DNA of 64,000 nt, from NCBI GenBank assembly GCA_963824495.1, contig CAWGPQ010000008.1, positions 64,001 to 128,000 on the forward strand. Direction: 5' to 3'. Position 1 is the first letter of the stretch. Each line of letters opens with the position of its first letter. This document shows, piece by piece, positions 51,797 to 59,523 of the stretch. The translations under genes were made by a program, and so were the position numbers. This stretch comes from an uncultured bacterium. Lineage in GTDB: Bacteria; Babelota; Babeliae; Babelales; Babelaceae. Under the pieces are notes generated by a model. That model ran no database searches. It had not been told where the DNA came from and saw only the letters and a list, made by a program, of their open reading frames with translations.

Positions 51797-53818
51797 ATGA
51801 AAGTACTACACACAATTACTCTCTTACTTGTAACTCTCATTGGGTCAACCTTAGGCTATGCTATGGATACCAATGAAAATATTCATGAAAATACCAGTGA
51901 ACCACCAACCAAAAAACAAAAAACAGAAGATACTATACAAGATGCTCAAGAAGGCACTTCTAATAGCAGATCGACATATCTTTTTAGCCAAGAAGAAATA
52001 CAAGGCCATAGCGAAGAACTGTTTACCGCAGCTGCCGATGGTGATGTCGAAAAGCTTTATATTCTCTTAACGAAAGGAATGCCTGTTGACCTTGTTGATA
52101 ATAACCAAGAAATAGGCAGGACGGCGCTTGCCATAGCTGCTCGAGCAGGCCAGCAGGAAGCAGTTGAACTTCTTATTCGCAATGGAGCCAATATTGACAC
52201 TCAAGATACCAATGGCGCGACACCGCTTCATCTTGCTTTGCTCAACGGCCACATTAACTTACTACAAACACTGTGCTTTTATAGGGCTGATACTACACTT
52301 GCTGATAATAATGGCAATCTTGCCCTTCACCTTGCCGCTACACAAGCAAATGTAGTTACTTTTTACGGTCTTCTTCAAGCTACCCCGGCAAACTTGATCA
52401 ATGCACAAAATAACGCTGGACAAACACCACTTGCTCTTGCGCTTGAAAGAAATAATATTGGAACTGCTCAGGTGCTTTTTCGACATAACGCTGCAATAGG
52501 TAACTCAGCAAATCAATTAGCCGCAATTATTGCAGACGGGCATGTAGAGCACCTTCAAACGGATCAACAGCTCTTGTATTATATCCTTATAGGCGACATA
52601 GAACGCGCCAATCATCTTCTTCAGACGGAAGATCCACTAAACTATATCGATACAGTAGATGATCTTGATATGACGATTCTTCATTGGGCTGCTGCTCGAG
52701 GTTATCATGACGTGGTAGAGTTCCTTCTCCGCGCAGAAGCAGATATTGACAACGCGGATATAGAAGGTATGCAGCCGCTACACTTTGCTGCACAAAATGG
52801 TCATCGTACTATCATGAAGCTATTACTTGCTCATGGAGCACTCGTTAACGCACGCGATAGACATGGACAGACACCTCTTCATTATGCGATACTAAGAGGA
52901 GACAGGGATAGTGCTGAAATTTTGATTGCAGCCCATGCAGATATTAATGCACAAAATGCTCGTGGCCAGAGCTCTTTACACTTAGCAGCATTAACTAGAA
53001 ACTTAGACCTTGCGCTATTTCTTATCAATCGTAATACAAGTATCAATGTCCGTGATAATGAGGGTTTTACACCATTAACCGTTGCAATCATCAATGACAA
53101 CTTGACCGTCATACGAGCACTCCTCTATTATAATGCTGATATAACTGAGCCCAGCAATGATAGTTACACTGCAGCTGAATTTGCTGAGCAGCTCGGCAGA
53201 CATGATGCTCGTGCTCTTTTAATGAACCCTATCATACCACCATTATTGTATGCTGTTATGACACAGAATGAAGAACTAGTGCATCGTCTTCTAGAGCAAA
53301 AAAATATAGATATCGCTGCTACTGACGGTATGGGCACTACAGCGTTAAGTATGGCTGTTCAGATGGGTAACGCTAATTTGGTAAACCTTCTACTCAAGTA
53401 TGGGGTACAGATGCATCAGACCAATTTAGCAAATAGGGCCGATTCTCAAGGGTTTACGCCACTTCATCATGCTGCTGGCAGGGGTCAGCCTGAAATTGTA
53501 CGCGCATTGCTTAATCATGGTGCTCACGCAAGGGCTTTAACACGCAATAACGAAACTCCTGCGGAGCTTGCACAAGCAAACAACCAATCGGAATGCTTAG
53601 AGATTCTGAGGGCTCATATACTACGGCCCTTTCTTGCCCGTTCATTTAGAGCTGGAGAACGAATCGAACATCTTAGAGAAACACCGTCAAACCTACCCTC
53701 AAACGATACCAGATCGCCAATAGCAATTGCAGGAGGAGATGAGAATATCATGAAAATCATTGCCACATTTCTTGTTCATCAGACTATGCACCATAACCCA
53801 AATAATAACAATAATTGA
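51797..53818 (+). CDS. Secreted ankyrin-repeat protein, tandem copy 3
   Basis: Likely ATG 51797 after AAGGA; ..LGYA|MDTNE, PPTKKQK, same C-terminal tail. Confidence 0.9.
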   Translation: MKVLHTITLLLVTLIGSTLGYAMDTNENIHENTSEPPTKKQKTEDTIQDAQEGTSNSRSTYLFSQEEIQGHSEELFTAAADGDVEKLYILLTKGMPVDLVDNNQEIGRTALAIAARAGQQEAVELLIRNGANIDTQDTNGATPLHLALLNGHINLLQTLCFYRADTTLADNNGNLALHLAATQANVVTFYGLLQATPANLINAQNNAGQTPLALALERNNIGTAQVLFRHNAAIGNSANQLAAIIADGHVEHLQTDQQLLYYILIGDIERANHLLQTEDPLNYIDTVDDLDMTILHWAAARGYHDVVEFLLRAEADIDNADIEGMQPLHFAAQNGHRTIMKLLLAHGALVNARDRHGQTPLHYAILRGDRDSAEILIAAHADINAQNARGQSSLHLAALTRNLDLALFLINRNTSINVRDNEGFTPLTVAIINDNLTVIRALLYYNADITEPSNDSYTAAEFAEQLGRHDARALLMNPIIPPLLYAVMTQNEELVHRLLEQKNIDIAATDGMGTTALSMAVQMGNANLVNLLLKYGVQMHQTNLANRADSQGFTPLHHAAGRGQPEIVRALLNHGAHARALTRNNETPAELAQANNQSECLEILRAHILRPFLARSFRAGERIEHLRETPSNLPSNDTRSPIAIAGGDENIMKIIATFLVHQTMHHNPNNNNN

Positions 53819-53830
53819 TAGAACTCGAGG

Positions 53831-53871
53831 GTCCAGGCTTATATAAACTTTTAAACTTTATAAGCCCGGAC
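53831..53871. terminator. Hairpin between convergent genes
   Basis: GTCCAGGCTTATA...TATAAGCCCGGAC; weak U-tract. Confidence 0.55.
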
Positions 53872-53907
53872 ACCTTTCCTTGTACGTGATATGCCCTTCG
53901 TAGCTTT

Positions 53908-54912
53908 TCAGCGCAGTGAGGTGAGATTAAAATAACTTTTCAACTCGGAATAACATGAAAATTTTTGAAGTTCAGTGTCATGTTGTATGAGCTTGTGGAG
54001 CAGGGTAAATTGCTGTGGTGCATGGGCAAAAACGTCAGCAAGTTCTTTAAGCCCCATTGCTACGCTGCTTTCATAGGCTGCAGCATTTTTATTGAAAAAA
54101 TCAAGTGGATTACTCCAGTTAGGCTGCTCAAGATCAATGAGTGCTAATTTGTCATCGACAACCATAATATTACGTTTGATATTCCAAATACCAGCATGCT
54201 TAATACCTATAAAAAGATCGTGTATATCGTGCTCAGTGAGCGATGCTATAGCACGAGGGCAATCTTCCAGTACTATGCCCTTAAGTAGTTCCTGAATAAT
54301 GATATAATTTTCATCTGCAACTTGGGTGGGCCTGTCTGGTACATGAACAAGATAGGTGCGGGGTAACCGCAAACGTGTTAAAGCATAATGCTCAATAACC
54401 TCACTTAGCTTCAAATAATAAGCACTATGGCTTATAGTTTGGAAGGTAGAGTAATCAAAAAGGTGGTCAATTTCAGATACTGAGCACTGTTGGTTAAGTT
54501 TATTGTAATAGGCAAGAAGCGTATTCAATCTATTAACAGGCCCAGCTATTTTTACTATATAACGCTCATCTACAGGTAGCGTAAAAACATAATTCCATTT
54601 ACTTACATTACTGATACCATATTCAGCAAGAAGAGCGTTATTATATGCATGTTCTTTGTGAACCTCAGAAATAGGGAAATGACGTATTAGAAGGCGCATC
54701 ATAAGGCTTTTATGGCAGGTAATCCATGTAAGCACATTTTTTTTAAGGGCAGCTGGTTGCTGTGGGGCAAGCTTAATGATATTCAGCTGGGTAATAGGTA
54801 TGTTACGATACGTGGTATAAGTTGCCGTGTGCGTACGCCCACTGTCGCCATCTATATCACCCATGAGCATAACACACATACTTAACCAAACAAAATAGTT
54901 CTTTTGACCCAT
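53908..54912 (-). CDS. Secreted kinase-like (possibly pseudokinase) protein
   Basis: YIVKI, LRLPRTYL, YIIIQE, IWNIKRNI, LALIDLE in kinase-fold order. Confidence 0.5.
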   Translation of the reverse strand: MGQKNYFVWLSMCVMLMGDIDGDSGRTHTATYTTYRNIPITQLNIIKLAPQQPAALKKNVLTWITCHKSLMMRLLIRHFPISEVHKEHAYNNALLAEYGISNVSKWNYVFTLPVDERYIVKIAGPVNRLNTLLAYYNKLNQQCSVSEIDHLFDYSTFQTISHSAYYLKLSEVIEHYALTRLRLPRTYLVHVPDRPTQVADENYIIIQELLKGIVLEDCPRAIASLTEHDIHDLFIGIKHAGIWNIKRNIMVVDDKLALIDLEQPNWSNPLDFFNKNAAAYESSVAMGLKELADVFAHAPQQFTLLHKLIQHDTELQKFSCYSELKSYFNLTSLR

Positions 54913-55080
54913 AGCTATTCTTTCTTTATTATCACAGACACATCACACGTCCTGCCATAGCGGTACTATACCACACCCTACCATGAACGTTAAGGCCAGG
55001 CAAAGAATTCCATTGAATTCAGTGAGAAAATTGATTTATTTTTAAAAATCTATATATTTCTAAGTAGATAAACAGCACTT

Positions 55081-55812
55081 GTGAGGATATCATTCATGAA
55101 ACTACAACAAACTTTTTTTATCACAACGGCATGTGTACTACAGATCCTTCTCATTGCAGCAGATTGCTTACCAGTACCTATAAGTGATGCTCAATTAATC
55201 AACCAGCATATGCTCAAAAATAAGCAGGTATACGCAACATTGAGTAACTTGTTTATACGGTATCGTGATGCGCTTATAAAGAAAAGGGGTCTACCCAATA
55301 AAAACAGTATTCAGGAAACATATCTTGTTAATCCTGACTTTGAAGTATTGCATACACTAGGGTTTAAAAAAATGGGAGAAGGATCGTCCCCCGTTTTTGA
55401 GCACAACAAATTGCCCGGCTCAATTATTAAATTTGATGCAGCAGTTGAAAGACTCAAGGGGCTTAAACTCCTCAAAGAAGTTATACGCAAGAGAAAGCCC
55501 TCTATACCTATTGAGTTGCCTTCTAAAAATATAGTCCCGATTCAGTTGAATAAGCAACTACATTACATTATTCTCGAGAAAAAATTAGCTTTGGTCCCCA
55601 ATAATATACAAGCACTTAAGCATTCGCCGTTAAGGCCTCTTGCTGAAGTAAAGCAGGTTTTACAGGATGCAGGCTACTGTGATGCACATCCCGGCAATAT
55701 TAAGAAAACCAAAAAGGGGTTTGCCATAATCGATACTGATATTCGCAATTATAGTAGACCTGGCGATGCCTGTGGTGTGCGTGAGCTTGAATTAAAATTA
55801 GCACAGGCATAG
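55081..55812 (+). CDS. Secreted minimal kinase-like protein (likely start 55096)
   Basis: MGEGSSPVF, IIKF, IILEK, DAHPGNI, AIIDTD. Confidence 0.7.
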   Translation: MRISFMKLQQTFFITTACVLQILLIAADCLPVPISDAQLINQHMLKNKQVYATLSNLFIRYRDALIKKRGLPNKNSIQETYLVNPDFEVLHTLGFKKMGEGSSPVFEHNKLPGSIIKFDAAVERLKGLKLLKEVIRKRKPSIPIELPSKNIVPIQLNKQLHYIILEKKLALVPNNIQALKHSPLRPLAEVKQVLQDAGYCDAHPGNIKKTKKGFAIIDTDIRNYSRPGDACGVRELELKLAQA

Positions 55813-55813
55813 T

Positions 55814-57109
55814 TTAGAAATGCATGCTCATATAATTAGAAAGAGCAAATGTTAGGCTTTTGCCCAAAACACGTTCTACGCCTTTACCGATAGGAAATTT
55901 TCTATAGGGTGAAAAATACGGATCAAGATCTGTTCGTATACCCAAGAGAGTTTCAGCACTATACACGCCAAGTGCCGCAGCCCAGGGTAATCCCGTAGCA
56001 CCACTTATATAATACACTGAAGGATTTTCCCGATCTCGGCCTGCTAGAGGAGCCAGATCTTTACTAATTCCGATCAAGCCAGGCCACATATACTCAAAGT
56101 TTATCGCAATGGTGGGAAACATACGAGTCCAGTAACGTACCAGCTTTCGGAATATAGTACGATCGTTATGCGATTCATGAGCAGCAAACATAGTAAGCAA
56201 ACTGCCGCCTCCAAGCAATAACCTGTTACTCCCTGTCAGGCGATAATACTGGTAAACTATATCAGTATCCCAGACCATTAAGGGCTTATCAGGAAAAATC
56301 ATAGGTACTTGCTTATCAGAAAGCGGCGATGATAGAAGAAGAAATGTTTGTGCGTGATACACATCTAAGCTTAATTTGCCAAGCTCAGGAAGGAAGCGAT
56401 CGGTACAAACAACAACATAATCAGCGGTAACGTTTCCGAAAGGTGTTTGGGCACTATGAGCGTCAATTTTTACAACAGGTGTTTCTTCGTAAACCTGAAT
56501 ACCAAGATCTTTCAATGCATGCTTAAGACCCTGACAATAACGATATGTGTTGATACCAAACGTATCGGTATAGCGCATGGCACCATAATACTTAGATGAT
56601 CCGAGCACAGCGTGAAGATCCTGCGCGTTATCATACAGCACACTTGAGTATAAGAGCTGCTGACGGGCAGTATATTCCTGCTTAATTTGATTAAATCCCG
56701 TGCGATTAAGCGCCACATAGAGTGAATCCTGTACCTGATAATCACAATCGAGATTAAAACGCTTAATGGTATTTTTAATTAACGTCGCACCGGAAATTGC
56801 AAAATCCCATATACGTCGTGCTTCATCAAGACCGTAAAGGCTAAGATAAGTACTCAGGCCAAGTTCAGAGTCTGGTGAAATAAATCCTGAGCTTTTACCA
56901 CTTGCTCCACCACCGCAAAAATACTCCTCAAGCAGCACAACACGTAATCCCCGTTCATGGAAACTCAAGGCTGCACTGAGCCCTGCCATACCACCACCGA
57001 CAATCACTACGTCGGCAGACGTATTGCCTGTTAGTATCTGTGGCTTATACTTGTCAACATACCACCATACAAGATCTTGGGGGATACCATACACTGCCAT
57101 ATCAAGCAC
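55814..57109 (-). CDS. FAD-dependent oxidoreductase (DAO/PuuB-like)
   Basis: DVVIVGGGMAGLSAA, GGGASGKSSG. Confidence 0.88.
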   Translation of the reverse strand: MLDMAVYGIPQDLVWWYVDKYKPQILTGNTSADVVIVGGGMAGLSAALSFHERGLRVVLLEEYFCGGGASGKSSGFISPDSELGLSTYLSLYGLDEARRIWDFAISGATLIKNTIKRFNLDCDYQVQDSLYVALNRTGFNQIKQEYTARQQLLYSSVLYDNAQDLHAVLGSSKYYGAMRYTDTFGINTYRYCQGLKHALKDLGIQVYEETPVVKIDAHSAQTPFGNVTADYVVVCTDRFLPELGKLSLDVYHAQTFLLLSSPLSDKQVPMIFPDKPLMVWDTDIVYQYYRLTGSNRLLLGGGSLLTMFAAHESHNDRTIFRKLVRYWTRMFPTIAINFEYMWPGLIGISKDLAPLAGRDRENPSVYYISGATGLPWAAALGVYSAETLLGIRTDLDPYFSPYRKFPIGKGVERVLGKSLTFALSNYMSMHF

Positions 57110-57256
57110 TCTTTTATTACATGCTTATTTTTTAACGCTGTACCTGCTGATATCATGACATGCCTATATTTTTTGTTCAAGCACATCTTGCTTTACTCAA
57201 CTTGTAAGCTTGAACAAAAGTCTGTTCATAAAATGTGCTTGGAATTCTGCTTGAGG

Positions 57257-57575
57257 CTTCATCTACTGCTCTTTGAAAGATAGGACCATGCTCGTCCTTG
57301 TTTATAGCTATGGTAGGTTCGCAAGGACACGACAACTAACATAGCCTTGATTTTAAGGCTTCGGGCTATAAACCAAGAAACTCAGCCCGAGTCCCATTTG
57401 CTACTTGTCAGCGTATACCAATGGGCTAATCCTCATCTGACAAGTCCATAGGCATCATAATAATACCCAATAATAATACCCAGGGAGATAGGAGCTTCTA
57501 AGCTTCCTTTAGCCACTTTTAACGAGCACATGACCTAGCTCGGCATGCCTATCTTTCAAAGAGCAATAGATAAAG
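57257..57575 (-). ncRNA. tmRNA-homologous RNA domain (pk1-pk4 ring) without a recognisable tRNA-like domain
   Basis: GCATGCCGAG then pk1; three further H-type pseudoknots; GAGCATG closing strand; 24-bp helix 57548-57571/57261-57284. Confidence 0.8.
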
Positions 57576-57597
57576 AAATTACTAAACTTATTAAAAG

Positions 57598-57694
57598 CAG
57601 AGGGCTAGGCTTCACTAAAAAGCTACGCCTAGCGTATCAGTTGTTGGAGTTTTTCAACTCACCGCTAATACCACAACCTTGCGGCTATTCCTCC
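57598..57694 (-). ncRNA. tRNA-like cloverleaf element 2 (non-canonical)
   Basis: GGAGG/CCTCT, ATAGCC-GCAA-GGTTGT, GTATTAG/CTGATAC enclosing GAGTT-GAAA-AACTC, GCTAGGC/GCCTAGC. Confidence 0.6.
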
Positions 57695-57701
57695 ATTTAT
57701 A

Positions 57702-57791
57702 GGCGGGAGACCGAGGATTTAACTCCTCGGCATACTCACCCTATAGGGTATACCTAAGGGTACTACGATAGCCTTTAACAGCTACTCCCCC
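57702..57791 (-). ncRNA. tRNA-like cloverleaf element 1 (non-canonical)
   Basis: GGGGGA/TCTCCC then GCC, GTAGCT/GGCTAT, CCGAGG-AGTTAAAT-CCTCGG. Confidence 0.6.
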
Positions 57792-57823
57792 CATTAATCT
57801 GGAAGAAATCTGTACTCACTATT

Positions 57824-57852
57824 AGTGTATCATAATAATGAATTATTGTCAA
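57824..57852 (-). promoter_or_regulatory. Near-consensus sigma70 promoter of the RNA cluster
   Basis: TTGACA-17 nt-TACACT with TGn extension. Confidence 0.75.
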
Positions 57853-57881
57853 CCAGAAAATAATTTACTAAAGATTTTAGG

Positions 57882-59066
57882 CTATACAAGCAGACTTTCC
57901 AATCCTGGAAGTTTTTCGCCACTCAGTAACGCTAAAGCAGAGCCACCACCTGTTGAGCAATGATCAATTTCATGCTCAAGGTTAAATCTATATACTGCTG
58001 CGACAGAATCTCCACCACCGACAACTGAATAGGCGTCAGCATGAGCAACAGCTTTGAGTATTTCATGTAAGGGTTCCAGGGTTTCCGGTCGAGATGCATC
58101 GCCCATGGCGGCGTTTAAAAAGATTGTTTTTGCTTGGTAAATTTCTTCGATAAAAAGTTTAACGCTTCTTGGTCCGATACTCACACCAATTCCATTTTCA
58201 GGAAAATTATCCTCTGAGCAATGGGCCAGCAATCCCTTCCATGCATCGTAAGCGATCAAAAAATCTACCGGAAATATGAGCTTAATGTTTCGCTCATGAG
58301 CTTTTTTAATAATTTCTAAAGCTTTATCGAGTAAGCTATCATCCACTAACGATAACCCTACTGGCTTACCCTGCGCTTTAAGAAAAGTAAATATAAGAGC
58401 AGGACAGAGCATCAGCGAATCGATAGGTTGCATAATTAATTTTTCAAGAAATGGTAGCTTATCGGTTACTTTGCCTCCCCCTAAAATATAGAGCACAGGT
58501 CCTTGAGGATACACCATAAGTGGCTCAAATGTTGCAAGCTCTTTTTGCACAAGCAAACCAATACTTTTATGTGATACCGGAAAGAAGTGAGGCACAACTG
58601 CTATCGATGTATCGTTACGATGAAGTGAGCTAAATGCATCATCAACATAAAATTCAGCAGTTTTGGCCAACTGTTGAGCATAGGCAAGATCACCTGATTT
58701 TTCACCAGAAAAAAATCGAAGATTTTCAAGCATAATAATAGACGGACCGGTACTACCGATGGTTGGTATAGTTTGAGGGTCATCAACAAGCGTGACGTCA
58801 TAACTCCGTTCACGTAACCAGGCAACGAGAGGCTTTACAGAAAAAGCTACATCATAACCGTGAGGCCTGCCAAGATGTGTTGCAAGAATAATCGTAGCAT
58901 TCTTTTCTAAAAGCAGATCAATTGTTGGCAGAACTGCACGAATACGGAAATCGTCAATAATGTTACCCTTGTCGAGAGGCACATTAAGATCTGCTCTCAA
59001 AAAAACTCGTTTTCCAGAAAGATCACCCCACCCATCAATAGAAACATGAAAATAAGACATATTCAT
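57882..59066 (-). CDS. pgk: Phosphoglycerate kinase
   Basis: RADLNVPL, THLGRP, LENLRF, VGGGDS, STGGGSAL. Confidence 0.95.
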   Translation of the reverse strand: MNMSYFHVSIDGWGDLSGKRVFLRADLNVPLDKGNIIDDFRIRAVLPTIDLLLEKNATIILATHLGRPHGYDVAFSVKPLVAWLRERSYDVTLVDDPQTIPTIGSTGPSIIMLENLRFFSGEKSGDLAYAQQLAKTAEFYVDDAFSSLHRNDTSIAVVPHFFPVSHKSIGLLVQKELATFEPLMVYPQGPVLYILGGGKVTDKLPFLEKLIMQPIDSLMLCPALIFTFLKAQGKPVGLSLVDDSLLDKALEIIKKAHERNIKLIFPVDFLIAYDAWKGLLAHCSEDNFPENGIGVSIGPRSVKLFIEEIYQAKTIFLNAAMGDASRPETLEPLHEILKAVAHADAYSVVGGGDSVAAVYRFNLEHEIDHCSTGGGSALALLSGEKLPGLESLLV

Positions 59067-59095
59067 AGCATCTTCACCACTCTCTTCTTATTCGC

Positions 59096-59461
59096 TCAGA
59101 GTTGATTATATTTCCTTGTCACGCCTTTAGCTTTTTCTAATGGGTACCTTTGAGCACCAAGAGCCATTTTGTTCTCTATAGCGTTACTTAAATCGATATT
59201 GTGTGCTGCACAAAACATCAAAATACCTATGGTGATGTCAGCCAACTCATCCTCCACATTTTGACGATTCTGTTCAAGATCTCGGAGAGATTCTTCGCTT
59301 GTTCGTGACCACCGAAAGGGCTCCATAAGCTCTGCTGCTTCGGTTGCTATGAGCATACTCAAGTTCTTTGGCGAATGAAACTGCTGCCAATCGCGCTCAT
59401 GTACAAATTGTTGTACTTTTTGCTTAAGTTCAGCAATAGTTATTGTACTGTCCATAGGCAT
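59096..59461 (-). CDS. MazG-like nucleotide pyrophosphohydrolase
   Basis: ERDWQQFHSPKNL..EAAEL..DELAD. Confidence 0.92.
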   Translation of the reverse strand: MPMDSTITIAELKQKVQQFVHERDWQQFHSPKNLSMLIATEAAELMEPFRWSRTSEESLRDLEQNRQNVEDELADITIGILMFCAAHNIDLSNAIENKMALGAQRYPLEKAKGVTRKYNQL

Positions 59462-59523
59462 AATCCTCGTGCTCGCGTTGATATAGTGTGAGTGATACGC
59501 TGTTTAAGAATAGCATGAAGTAC

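Noticed and set aside
57257..57575. Ordinary or standard permuted two-piece tmRNA
   Set aside because: No T-arm plus ACCA segment and no G3-U70 acceptor was found in either arrangement within the locus.
57545..57757. 70-aa plus-strand ORF
   Set aside because: No motif or SD; antisense to the structured RNA cluster, whose G-U pairs and promoter favour the minus strand.
57178..57852. RNase P RNA, rRNA leader (TGCTCTTTGAAA is boxA-like) or IS remnant
   Set aside because: No GAGGAAAGUCC-type RNase P core, no rRNA nearby, no transposase fragment; the boxA-like string is part of the long helix.
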